A stretch of DNA of 64,000 nt from Kudoa neothunni (taxonomy: Eukaryota; Animalia; Cnidaria). Below the pieces are notes generated by a model that worked only from the letters and a program-made list of their open reading frames with translations, searched no databases and was not told where the DNA came from. Positions 49,506 through 63,264 of this stretch are shown one piece after another (the stretch's first letter is position 1; every line of letters starts with the position of its first letter). A program made the position numbers and the translations under genes. The DNA is taken from positions 2,643,702 to 2,707,701 of the forward strand of contig OZ199838.1 of NCBI GenBank assembly GCA_964304625.1. Direction: 5' to 3'.

Positions 49506-50494
49506 TACTTTGAGAGTTATAAAAAACAACACCAATCGATTCCGAGTCAAAACCTTATGATAAATATTTCCTTTATTTATCGATAGAAATAAATGAAATT
49601 GAGAGAAATAATTAAGGGCTACAAATATTTGTTTATGATAACTTTTTCGGGTGGAATTTTTATTCTGAAAAATCATTTTACAAAACCTTAAAAAATATGA
49701 ATATTACATTTATAATCACCAAAAATTACGATTTTTGTAATTTAAAGTTATTTAGATCATACTAAGGAATTGAAATATTTCGTAATAAATTTTAAGAAAA
49801 TTACTTCTATGCGTTGGTGATATTTAGACCACACAAAATTTGGTGTAACCTAAAGTGTCATAAATGTAATTTTTTGGCTAAATTTATTTAACTCATTTAA
49901 AACTTCGCCTTTTTTAGAGTATAATATGCTATATTGAATATCATGTTTAAAATAACTATGAAACAATTCTATCAGAGTTATTGTTTATATATTTCATGTT
50001 TACTTAAGGAGTATTATTAAATTTTCATAACTTCCATTAAAATTAAAGTTTATTAAGTATAAAGTCTATTATTTCAAACGTTACTTACAATAGTATGCCG
50101 ATCACAAAATTTCTATATTTAAAAAATCTATTTAATTCCTTATTAAGTTTTACTAATTGGGGAATTTTTAAATTAATTTATATACTTACATTTTTGTTTG
50201 TACCAAAAATGTTAGAAAAGCCACCAACAGGTATTTAAATTATCAAAAAAACGCGAAATCAACAATGCGGCCTCCATGCTTCTATAATGCGCTAATATGA
50301 CCTGCAGCCCTAAAAGTTGTGCCCACCATTGGTTTAATCCTTAGGCGATAATATGCAATTTATTCCTATTTTTTTATTTAATGGAATATTTAAATTAAAA
50401 CATGTAAATTGATTTCTAATCTGGTGATGATAATGAGCTTCTTTTTTACCTATCACAGTTGTTTGAGAAAATTTAGATACTAACAGATGGCGGG

Positions 50495-50739
50495 TAACCT
50501 TCCCTGTACTGAGCGCGTGACCATACCGCGGAAGCAGATGGGGTCATTTTTTACCCCAGATAAAAACAGTCTAAAAAGCTTCAAATTTTATTAAAGTTAC
50601 TCAGCACATCTGACATACTGTGACGCTATATATCGGCACATTGGATTTTAATTTTTGATGCTAACAATGAGCAAGTCCAAGTAGGTCAGCTACCACCAAT
50701 TTAATTAGATTTGTAACGTCAAAGTCCAGGAGAGGTTAA
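50495..50739. mobile_element. piggyBac-type MITE/termini
   Basis: TAACCTTCCCTGTACT..GGGGTCATTTTTTACCCC on the left and AGTCCAGGAGAGG-TTAA on the right. Confidence 0.5.
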
Positions 50740-52353
50740 CGCGAGTCATAAAAACAAAAATATTCGCGGAATTAATAAAGAAAAAGTTAAAATAAGCTGA
50801 ATCGACATAGGAACATGACCCCGCTCAGATGGCCGATGTGACAAGCATCTTCGTTATCTTTTGGAAAACTCAGAATGGGTGAAGTATATTTGCATCGTCT
50901 CATTTCTTTTCAAAACATTGTATTGAAACGGCATTGAAATTTCATTTTTCTTTATCATGTCGAATTATAAAAATATTTTAGATAATATGAAAAATATAGA
51001 TATTTTGCTGACTTTCGAAGGGGTTATTATTGTTATAAACAGTATGCGGTTGAATATATTTTTGATTATAATTCATCATTTAATTTTTTTCTGACTTTTC
51101 AATTAAAATATATAATCAAATATAGTCGAGTGTACTATGTTAATTGTCTGAATCATCAGTTGGTAGGAATCGTGTGTATTAAAATTGCCCAATTAAATTA
51201 ACCCTTCAATTTTTATAGTGTATTAAAAAATCTTCACCTAACAGATTTTACATTAATAATAACAAATTTATATGAGAAAATTATTCGGATCACTTGTTAC
51301 ATGAGATAACTTATTTTTATTTGGCATGGTTTGGGCAAATAAATTTACCGCGATTAAAACAAGATAATATCGACTTCTTAATCTTAGTACTTAGGCGGTG
51401 AGAGCATCTGTTACGATTTTGTTTTCTTGATGAATCAAAATCATCCTAATAAGAAATTTTGATATGCTGATATTTTAAAATCAGAATCATCGCCGGAATT
51501 TGAGTAAAGAGTATTTTGTTGTATAGGCTATTCCATATTGTTGTATGTATTATTCGAGATCATATTGTTAAATAATAAGTAAATATAATTTTTAAAGGAC
51601 AAATTAATATAAAAACATTAAGAAAATTACGTTTCATTGACACAGAAGGCATGTTAATCTGAGGGTGTACGGATTAATTATCGTTAATCTCATTACAGCT
51701 TAGCTAGAAAGGAAACCGCATTTTTTTGAGTTATATAAATAAAACCATTAAAATCTAATTACAAAACTTAAAAAAATAAATAAAATGTGATACAATAATA
51801 CATTTTTGTTGAAAAATAAAGCAAAAAAATAATCCTTCCTCATAAAACATGTGGTATAGCTATTTTTTAAATGCTTAAAACGAATAAAAATTGATTGAAT
51901 TCAAAATTCATAGTTTCTGTGAGATATATCTAGATGCATTAAATGGTGAGATCAGAATTCTTGGAGCTAAAAGCAAATTACCCCACTTCGGACCGGCTAA
52001 GTTAATACCTCGCAGTCAACCACACACATTTGATTTCCCATAGTTCTTGCATTTTTCTAATTTTTACAAATTTTCTAATTTCAAATTTAATTTCATAATG
52101 TAGCTTATGAAATACAATTGAAGGTATATGTTCGTAAAGATAACCCATCCTGGGAGGATTTCGACTTTGAAGTTTTAATGGGCATGTAAGAATCATTCAA
52201 TAAATCAGAATAAAACTATTGTTATATTATTAGTTGATTTAAATTTCGAATAATAAACTATGACAGACTCTTCTAGGTTTGTCTTACAATATTTCTAAAA
52301 AATTTTTGATAAAAATATAAATTTTGGCTTTTTGAAAATAAAGTCATGTTTAA

Positions 52354-55300
52354 CCCTCGCGGAACAATCTCGACCCCAATATTTGTGTTTTGGTATTTTC
52401 GCGCTGACTTTACCCTCAATTTCTCAAGATTTTAAAAATTCCAATATAATGTGTCTTTCTTTGAATTTATACTAAAAAAAAATATTTATACGAAAATTCT
52501 ATAAAATTCTGGCTTCATTTTAACGAATATTTCATAAATTCGTCCTAAATACTAATATTTTGCTCTAAAATTTACAATAGTTATAGATAAAAAATCAATA
52601 TGTGAGTTAAATCATTAAAATTTTAAGCAGAACAATTACTATTTGACTGATTACCAATAAATAACGATAGTATGTGGATTAGTTAAGAATTAACACATTT
52701 GTTTAAACACACGCGACTTGTTACAGTGATACTAGTGGTAATTATAAGTTTATTTTTATTTTTGGCTGAAAAAATTCTTTTAAGATTATCCCAAGAAAAC
52801 TATACAAAGATCTGTTAAATAATCCTGTCGACAACAGTGAAGTAGACAGTGATGTTGAATTTGAGTTTGAAGGGTCGTCAAATATTTCATATTATGATGA
52901 TCATGTAGAAAAGATGGATTCGTCAACAGATGACGATATTGAGATCGACAACAATGATTCTGCGGAGAATCTTAATATTGGCCATTCAAAAAGTGGCTTC
53001 GAGTGGAATTGCTCTGACCAAATAAGACGAAAGAATAAAAGCCACAACAAGGATCTCCCAATGCCGGGACTCACCGACGAATCCAATAATGTAGACTTAA
53101 TTTTAGGATTCTCTCTGTTATTTTTTCCGAAAAAAGTATTTAATATACAAACAAATATTGTTTGTCAATGGCCAAGTATCAAAAATAAGGAACTCATCAC
53201 TATGGAAGGACTTAAGGCCTTTATTGGAATTTTTATAACTGCAGAAAGGTGTAATGGTTCTAAATTGTCAATTAAACAATTATGGAATATGAATCCCCTG
53301 TTTAAACAACACTTTTTTCTGTTGCGATCCCTAGAGATCGTTTCATTCTTATATATACGATGATTCGATTCGACAACAGAGAAACGAGGAAAGCACGCAT
53401 TTTAGAATCGAAAAATCCATACGAAGCCATCGATGAGATTTTCAAGGAAATAAACTCCACTTTCACACATTATTCTCCAAGCACCCACATAACTGTGGAT
53501 GAAAGGATAGTGTCCTTCCGGGTTTATATGAAAAATAAACCCGACCGCTTCGGAATGAAGTTATGATTGGTCTCAGACGTAGATACGTCTTGTTTATTAA
53601 ATCTACAACCATATCTCGGAAAAATTAATGGTGTGAGAGGAAAAAAACAAAGGAGAAAGAGTAGTTAAAGACTTGGTTTCTCCTTATTATGGAAATCGTC
53701 GCGGAGTAACAACGAACAATTTTTTCACGACGGTCCCTCTCGCATTATTTTTGTTGGAGAAGAATCTAACGTTGACCGGGACTCTTCGGGAAAACAACAG
53801 ATTCATCCCGCAAGACATTCTTTATGTAAAGAGTCGACCTGAGTATTCTAACATGTTTTGTTTTTCAGACGATTTAAGTATCGTCTCGTATATTCCGAAG
53901 AAAAACAAAAACGTGATAGTGCTATCAAGCGAATTACACGATAGCTCTATTGAAAGTGGCGAAAAGAAGAAACCTCAGGTCGTCATCCACTATAATCAAA
54001 CGAAAGGCGCAGTCGATAATGGGGATCGTATGACTAAATTATATAGTTGTTCTCGAAGAACCAATCGTTAGCTTTTTCGCGTTTTTATGGAATTGATTGA
54101 CATATCGGCGCTGAACGCGCACGCTATCTGGATGACTAAGTTTCCCGAGTGGCGGTCAAATGATCGAAGTAGACGTCAAGTCTTACTTCGTGAATTGGGT
54201 ATTCAATTAATAACACCAAACGTTTTGCGTAGACAGCAAATTGGCAACAAATATCATTTTAGTCTACAATACGGATTCAAAATTTTCAACAATTTAAATT
54301 ATGTTCCTGAAATCGCAACTGGAAACGAACATTTATCATGCTCAAGAGGAAGATGCGTCTTTTGTCCAAGAAATAGTGACAGGAAAGCACAAATGGAATG
54401 CACATCTTGCAATAAGCCAGTGTACTCAATACGCAAATTGAAAAAAATTGTAATCACCTGTCCAGATTGTCAACACGAATTAATTGATTGATCATTCATA
54501 AAAAATTTATTTATTCTGTATTGAATTTGTTCATTTCCATTGCGCAAAAAAGGTTCTGAAGCTTCCGCAAAAATTCATAATAAATAAAAAAATTCTGTTG
54601 CTAGAAAGATAAAAGGCAACAAAATTAATCCTTACGTTAATTTAGTTTTATCGATCTCATTTCAAAGTAATTATATACAATTTGATCCAGCCACAGGATG
54701 ATTTTTTATATGGAGGTTTTGATTTGTTAAAAAAATACAATGAATTACCATAACTTGAATATTTATATGATTAAAATTCAAAAAATATTTTTTTAATTAT
54801 CAACCCAAAAATTTTGATCAAACGTCTGTGAATCCCTTTAAGCGACAAAATAAGTTCACTTCACATATATTGAACCTCCTACTTTAAAAATATTCGAGTC
54901 AAATAGATTATTGCTCGAATTATCGCATGATAATCATTTTTGATTTAATCTTCGATTGTTTCCCTCAGGAAATGATACAATAACGATGAATGAATGAAAC
55001 TAAACAAATAAATAAATAAATAGACATATTTTAAATTGATTCATTATATAATTAATATTTTTTAATACAACGCGTATGCAGATTCGTGTATTCTAAGATT
55101 CCTTAACATAGGGAGATTTTTTGATTAAATTCAATGAACTTCATCATGGCCAAGTTAACTGAAAGATAATATATCATGTAATTGCTCTTCGAAGACTCAT
55201 TAAAGCGAAAATACCCATGTTGCAAATATAATCCTATTCTTATAACAAGAAAATTAACAGAAAATCTTCGGATATCTTGCCGCTGGAGCGGTTTCCTTGT

Positions 55301-55640
55301 TCATCAAATATATGGGCAAAAATTAGTTGTATTGAACTTTTTGGTCCCAGACCACATTGTGCCAATGTAATAGCACTGATGGGTTGTGAATGAACGAGGT
55401 TAGTAGGTTTTGTGGGTCTGCTCACGTGAACCAACAAATTCGTACAGTTTAACCCAATTTTTCCAATGATGGAAAAATAATTTAAACTATCTAATCTTTT
55501 ATATTAAATATTTATAACGTATTAAAAATTCTGCATAATTTTTTTTGGATTTCCGAATTTTATTACGAAATATCGCTGGGTTCATTTTCGACCCCACACC
55601 GAAACGTATGTCAATTTTCGGGGCACCGTCCAGTAGGAGA
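52354..55640 (+). mobile_element. piggyBac element with pseudogenised transposase
   Basis: TTAA-CCCTCGCGGAAC left end (52350-52365); GGGTTCATTTTCGACCCC subterminal motif near 55578; right terminus degraded. Confidence 0.8.
52914..54491 (+). pseudogene. piggyBac (PGBD-type) DDD transposase, frameshifted and stopped
   Basis: IRFDN, TVDERIVSFR, YMKNKPDRFGMK, TTNNFFT (second catalytic D changed to N), GTLREN, YNQTKGAVDNGD, C-terminal RGRCVFC..CTSC; split across four ORFs. Confidence 0.92.
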
Positions 55641-58600
55641 AAACTGTTGTACAGTCCAATCTCAATTTCAAGTATGTCTCTAATTCCATCCCAACAATAA
55701 CATTAAGCCATTTCCAATCTCCCAGACAATCTTCTCACAAAATGTAGAGGCTTTTCCGACCGAATTTATTAGATTGTGACTTAAATTAATGGAATGATTA
55801 TCTTTTAAAAAAGAGAGGTTTCATACCTTGAATTCCATAAAAAAATTACACTCGCGAACTATTTGTACTGAACCAAGCGGAATTTTTCGGCGGTAAATAA
55901 GTAAATAATAGAAGAGATTTGGGGCGCTCTTCGTTGAAGTACTAATGAGATTAATTCTATTTTTTATTTAACGTCCTAATGTCAGAGATATCACATGCTC
56001 AGAAAGTCACATTGGAGACTAAAATCTTGGGTAATTTATACGAATGATAAAAAAAAATTTATAATTGAAATTGAATATGTTAACGATTGATTGATATAAT
56101 TTAGAAATAAATCGGAAATACTCCTTGAACTAATCTAAATATAATCCGTTATGAATCTTTTCTTATGCTATTTTCGTAAATAACCGCTAAATATGGTGAT
56201 ACCTTGACCCTCGGAAAAACAACTAAAACGAAACATTTCCTTCCCTGTAGATGAATTAAGAAAGAAGCTCTTTGTATGGTAAATAATGTTCCGGAGGCAT
56301 CAGAATTAAAAACTAGACACTGCGCAAGCCTGGTTGCCACATTTGATTTAAACAATTCCGTGTCAAATAGCTAGTACCATTTAGTTATTTCTTACCACTA
56401 AGAGCATAAAGGTGGATTAAAATAATTAAATATAGAAGATTCTAAATAGTTACATCTGTATACAGCTTGTATAGTAATAATCGCTGAGATGACAATTTTC
56501 TATGAGTATGCTTATAGGAAGATAAGATTAAATTTACCAAACAGATGACCACTAATAATAAAAATTGAAATTACAGATGTGCGCGCGGTTATATAACTAA
56601 TACGTAATTTCTCCTCACGACAAAATATCATGAAATATCGAAACATTATTGCATACAGAACATAATAGATTTTTTGAAAAATAAATTCAACGAAACAACC
56701 GAATTTTATTTTGGGGATTAATTTATGGGATTGTTAATCCCGGTATCAAGATTCAACAGGATTAATCCAAAAATACAGTTAAATATCGATTATCTAAAAA
56801 ATTTGGGACCAAAAATGTTCTTTCCGGATAACTCAATTTCCGGATATTCGAGGCTTGACTATACTTTATTTAACATTTAATATCAATTTCATGGATTTTT
56901 TAAATCAAAAATATGATCATCCAAACCACATAATAAGTATCATTCGTGGATTTTCATATGTAATTTATAAACATTCGCTTCAGTTAGTTTAAAAAAATAT
57001 ATACATTTATGAAAACTGCCGGGTACTAATATTATATGATGGTAAATTTAAAACTGTGAGGGAACTAAAATCGGGTTTAACTCTCAAAGAAAGGATCTCG
57101 GAAAAAATTCTTTCTGGGACGGCGTAAGGTTCTTTGGGGCCCAGTAATTTTATCCTTTTTTTAAAACCTCTTGCCACAAAAGTTCACATACACGTACAAC
57201 TCATTTTAATGTTTCTTAAAAGCTTTATCAAATTCTTTAATAATTTCAAAATTTAAAAAAAATGGAATAAATCTTCTAATAGTATAACACATTTCGTCTA
57301 CTATGCAACTCATAATAGGCCAACGAGAAGTTTTAGCCATCATACCATTTCCAGGATTAAGAAAAATAAAAATTATATGTGTTAACATGTTGTTTCCACA
57401 GTTGCTCACAACTGTCCAACAGGCACACGGAGCACGAGTTTCCGAAAACTTTCATTAATATATTTTTGTAATAACTCAACTTAGTTTTAAACTCATTGTT
57501 TATGAGTGATGTCCACATCAATCAAATAATCACTTATTTTTACTGAATTAGCCGATTAACTTTCAAAAGATAATTTTATTTAAATCAGGTTCAGGTTTGA
57601 ATATTTACCGACAAGCAAGACATGCCACAAAAAATTAAACCATATTAATATCTATTTATTCTTTGTTTACTTAATGTAATACATCGGATTTAATAATAAT
57701 AATAATAATAATCTAACATATATATTTCTATTTCCTCAGTATTTTTTCAATTTTGAGAATATTTTGTATTGAATAATAATAATTATGTTACACTCAATGT
57801 CTTGAAAAAATGCTAAATTAAAATTTTTTACGATAATAAGTTTAACTGCATGCTTAGGAATCACATTTTTCAAAGTAATTATTAATGCCATTTAATATTT
57901 TAGAAAATAACTTTAGCTTCAACTAAAGAATACCTAGAGTATGAATTAGATAAGAAATGGATGTATATGGAATAAATAGCAAATGTTTAAATTGGGCTCC
58001 CGAAATACCCCGCACCGTCCCAAGAGGGTTAGGTTTGAATTTTAACACATCATTGGAAGATTGGTTAAAATACTTGTTATAACTGAGCAAAATTTTTCGA
58101 ACAATTGTATAATGTAACACTTATACTTATAGATTTAATATAATAAGGATTTTAAGTCATTATAGAATTAGATATTCTGCACATTAATATATGTCGTTAT
58201 ATTCTACAAATAATGTACTTGCGTCAGGATCTGACTGGATTTAGGATTATTTATCAGAGACAACAATCTGTTACCTTAACCTCCGAGATATATTATATTT
58301 GTTATTTTCTCAGATTTAATATTTAGCAAGTAAGCGATAAATAAAAATTTTGTTTATCTGAAAACCAGATTTGCATTTATTATAATTTAAAAAAATAAAA
58401 TAAAAAAAGGATGCTAGAAAAAAGCGATATATTTTATACACTTCATTTTGGATTTATCGACATTGAGATGGATAAACATTTACGCGATCCGAATTCTTCC
58501 CGATGACCATTTCATTGCTATTACGCATTTACGCTAGCTCTAACGAGTAACACTTGTTCACAGACCAGGAAAAACGAATCAATTCATTGTTGGCTTCAAT

Positions 58601-58732
58601 TAAAACTTACCAAATGGTCTCACCAACCTAAAATTTTAATTACTAAATAATTTGTTTTGGGGACAATCTTTTCAAACTAATTACCCTATAATCAACAATA
58701 GATTGTTAAATAATGCCATATTCACAGGTATA

Positions 58733-60066
58733 ATGCTATTCGGATTTAAACTCACAACAATAATGAAGGCTGGGTTACTGGTGGTTGTTAACGTTATTGC
58801 GATTTTGGTCCTATCCCATATTGCTTATAGCAAAATCAGAAGTATCAATGAAGGAACATTGGAGTTTGTGTCTCATCTGTACCGAATTGAGGAGTCGAAC
58901 ATTCTAGAGTATGGGGCTCCAAGTAATTGGTCGATTCTATTCTTTCATTGGTCAACACAAAACTTTATTCATAATTTTTGGGTTGGCTGTAACGTTGCAT
59001 TCTTAATGGAATGAACTAGCGATGTTTAAGTTTTCTGATTTAATTAAATTGGATCATATTAATTACATTCTAATAAAATATGCATCTTGATAAATTTATC
59101 TGATTAAAAATAGGTAACTGCACATTTATGACAAAGATCGCATATCTTAACTGTTATGATAAAGAAAAACGAGTGACCAAGTGGGTTTATGAGGTAAACC
59201 ATATCAACTATTACGAGCTTGTTTGATATAATTTGATTCAGAAACTTAATGCCAACAATTTTATCAATAATGCACATAGAAAAAATTGCGACTTTCGACA
59301 AGATCCAGAGGTTGAAGCAGAATTTTCGTCAAGTAGGAAATCATACAGGTAATTAATTCAGTTTTCCATAACTTATCACAAAAATTTACTCATTATTGAA
59401 ATTTCAGGCGATCTGGATACGATAGAGGACATATGTCACCGGCTGCTCATCACCAAGACTCATTATCTGCCATATGTAGTACTTTTTATTATAGCAACAC
59501 TGTGCCACAGAATAGAAGATGTATATTTATTTTACGTTAATTCATTGTAGGTATAATAATGTTATAGTTAACAAAATTTTATGGGCAAAAATTGAACGCT
59601 TTGTAGAAACTATAACAGAAAAATCAAATTCATATTCCCATGTGATAACCGGACCTTTATTTCTACCGTAATTTCCCTTTTAAAACGGCTTTAATTTGAT
59701 TTTAGTAGCACAGATGAAAATGGACGTCAACAAGTCCTATATGAGGTATTTAGCAAAATAATAAGATATAAATGAAAATATTTTTGATAGATCCTACAAG
59801 GAAATGTTGCTGTTCCTACACATTTGTTCAAAGTTATACTAGTTAAAATTGATGGTCATTTCCGCTCATACGTATCTCTAATTCAATATATCTGCATTTG
59901 ACTTGTGTAATTTTAGTCTTTTCTAACCGAAAACAAGGATGAATTCACGGATAATATTGAAGACTACTTAGTCGATATGAATGATATCGAAACTCACACT
60001 GGATTTCGATTCTTTCCTAGGATCGAACGAAATATTATACATCAGAAAATTAAGAATTCGCTATAA
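58733..60066 (+). CDS. Endonuclease G-family (DNA/RNA non-specific) nuclease with N-terminal hydrophobic segment, 8 exons
   Basis: LEYGAPS, YLNCYDKEKRVTKWVYE, FRQDPEV, SGYDRGHM (catalytic DRGH), TFYYSNTVPQ, FNKILWAKIE, VITGPLFLP, NVAVPTHLFKVIL, IETHTGFRFFP; all introns in phase; stop at 60064-60066. Confidence 0.93.
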
Positions 60067-62238
60067 ATCTTTTATTTATTCTTTAACAGATTATTAGAAT
60101 ATTTCATCTGATTAACAACTCCATCTTACTTTGGTGTTAAATAATAATTAATGGCTTTAAATAAGAAATCTTCATGTACAATAAAGTGTGCATTCCAATC
60201 ATGTTTTTAAGTCAGAATAATACGGTAAATTTTATGGAAGAAAGAAATTAGAGTATTATTTAATGCAAAGAATAATATTATGTAAAATGATTAAATGAAT
60301 GAATACAGTAATGGACCGATCGTTCATACATTGATAATTCTCCATATTAAATATTTGCTCATATGTTAAATGATTGTAAAAATTACATAACGTTAAAATA
60401 ACCCCTTTAAAATAAACTACAAACATAATTACTCCTAAAAACGAAAAATAAATAGTCACGCGAGGACTGGCCGTTCGTACTTTTTGCTTTGACTCCGTGA
60501 TTATATTAACCCTCGAAAGCTCACCCAAAATAGTTACACAAAGGCTCAATGGGCCTCTCTTTTGGTCCAAGCATAAATTGATCAAATAAGGTCACTTAAT
60601 TATCGTAAAGTATTTTATATAGATTATTTAACTCTAAAGAATAAACAATATTTTTTATTCTAATTTCAGGAATTTGTAAACTTCAAATATTCGTGGAGAG
60701 TGATTTTGTAATATTTAGTTATTCATCGAATCTCTTAATTCTTTATCACCAATTAAAATTGATTTGAAAGAAACAAAACTTTGATATATTTAAAACTTTT
60801 TATTCAAACCATAATATAGGATATTGACAAGGGGACCTAAATAAACACGACGTAATGATGGTTGTCGAGTGTTTAAAAAGGAGATTAAGTTTATACACCA
60901 TGAGATTTGCAATGGTTGGGAATAATACCTTTGACTTCGATACGTTCCATTCCAAAACATATTTCAGCGTTAAATCATATTTCAAAGAATATGATAATAA
61001 TATACAGAAGTTGTGGAGCGACAAAGATGATAGCCTGTAGGGCTATTGTGGAGTGTGTGGGGGCTGTTGGAGAGCGTGTGGCTCCCAATTTTTAGCGTTT
61101 TTTCACAACTTTTTTCATCGAAAGCGGATCCACAAAATCTTAAATACTCTTCTCATCTGGAGCGTATCAAAAGTTTTTCCAAATTTTTAAAAATAAATTT
61201 TTCTTCTAATCGCTTATATGACCGCGAAGTCAACAACATAATCCTCATATTAAACATTGGTTTCTATATTTCACATTGAAAGAATATGAATGTGATTACA
61301 ATTCGTGCACTTAGATGTTTATTTTATTTTTGCGTGGTATTGTAATGAAAACAAATTGACAATAAGTCATTATAAACGACTGTTGCTCGGGCATGTAGAA
61401 TATTGCCGCTTCCTCCATCTTCGTGGCATTTTTTCATTTTTATTTTATCCTAATTAAAGCTATATAAGTATTTTTAGTATAATAAACTATTATTGTCAAA
61501 ACGCTACACTATTAGAGGCAATTATTGAGCGTTACTTGATAAATTATCTCCTAAACTCTGCTTAAAGTGTGATTATTAATTGGAAAATTGGAATTAACTA
61601 AAATAACGGTTACTAACAAAGTTAATAATTGAGAATAATCTTTATGAATGAAATTTATTTAGACGGATTATTATAAATGGAAAGCTGATTATGTTATACA
61701 CGTAAATTTATATTAATTTTTTGGGGATCAATTTTCAACATCGATTTTTTTTCTCTGTTAAGTGTAATATATTTTATTATTTAATTTCTTGTTTCTTCAT
61801 ATACTTGATATTTAATGGAACAAAGAATGATAATATATTGAGTCAAGGATTTAATTAAATAAATTAAAACATACAATGATATTTTAACGTTTCTTTGACT
61901 CAAATTTAAATTCAACTTCGAAATTAAATACGTATTTTTTTCACGTTTTAAAACAAATATTTTGGTGAATATAATATTAATTTAATTATTATATTCTAAT
62001 AATGTCGAATATTAATACTTTTTTGTAACAAACAAAACTCCAACTAAATGCTCTTAATTTGTTGTTATTTGAAGGTTGTTTATAAAATCATATTTTAAAA
62101 TTCATTCTTAAAAAAAATCAATAAATTTTCCATTTCAATACAAAGTATGATTAATGTTTCCCCGAAGCATGATGGTGGTTTCTCTCCTCTTTATTCGCGG
62201 TGATGCAATGACAGAAACTTATTTTTATTGAAAAATTT

Positions 62239-63264
62239 GGCTAAATTGCAGTGACCATGGCTCGTTTCGGCAATATTCATAACTGAGCGTTATATTTGTG
62301 GCGCGGTGAATCTGAACAAGAAAATATATACTTTCGAGAATATTGACGATATCACTAATTTAGATTATACAATCAAGACATTACAAAATCTTAGATTGAT
62401 ACCAAGTTATTCTAAATGTTTGTGTGGCGGTCAAAATTTTTTTGCTAAAAGAAAAGATACTTATGATGGTTATCACTATAAATGCACTTTATACAGAAAA
62501 AAGATATCGATTCGAAAGGGAACAATTTTTGAAATATCTAGACTTCCGTTATGGAAGATCTTCATATTTATCGTTTCGATAATTCAACACCCATACATGA
62601 CTTATGAGGAAATTCGAAAACATGTTGGAATATCTTCCGATTCCACCATATGTGAATGGAAAAATGTAATGCATGATTTTATGGCCTCTAAATTGGATGA
62701 GGAATTTTCAAAAATTGACGGACGTGGAGTTATCGTTCAAATTGACGAGACCGCCATATCTAAAAGAAAATACACGCGGAAGAATTCTTCGTAATCAACA
62801 GTATTGGATGGTCGGTGGTATCGACGAGAATGGAAATTGTTTTTTGCGCATAACTCAGCGAAGAAATAAAGACATTCTTGAAGGAATTATCCTTAACAAC
62901 GTCGAAGAAGAGTCGATCATTTGGACGGACGTTTGGAAAGGATATAATAGCTTGGCAGAGTTGGGTTTTGTACATGAGGTAGTTATACATCGAGGTAGGT
63001 TTGTTTCCTCTGAGGGAATACACACTAACAAAATCGAAGCTACCTTGGGGGCTTTTAAGCGTAAATATCGGAACGCAGCGAATAAAAACCCAGAGACTCT
63101 TCCTCATTACGTGGCTGATTTTATGTATCGGAAAAAAATTTCGACAAAGAATTATCAACGTTATTTAAATATATAATGATTAACAATAATATATTTTAAC
63201 TTTACGATGTTTTCGAAGTGTGTCTATTTTACCCGAATTGAGTCGCAGTCACTGTAATTTAGCC
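62239..63264 (+). mobile_element. Merlin (IS1595/ISXO2-like) DNA transposon, 1026 bp
   Basis: TIRs: GGCTAAATTGCAGTGAC..CTCGTTTCGG on the left; the right end reverse-complements to GGCTAAATTACAGTGAC..CTCAATTCGG. No clear TSD. Confidence 0.9.
62306..63176 (+). pseudogene. Merlin/ISXO2 transposase with a single frameshift
   Basis: Zn-ribbon remnant, SIRKGTIFE, VQIDET, KRKY/RGR split by an indel at ~62774, WMVGGI, IWTDVWKGY, HTNKIE; begins at GTG. Confidence 0.9.

Noticed and set aside
4225-60066. Genome-wide programmed frameshifting or stop-codon reassignment suggested by fragmented ORFs
   Set aside because: Afadin, NudC, GSS, OSBP, INCENP and the nuclease all assemble in frame with canonical GT-AG introns and the standard code.
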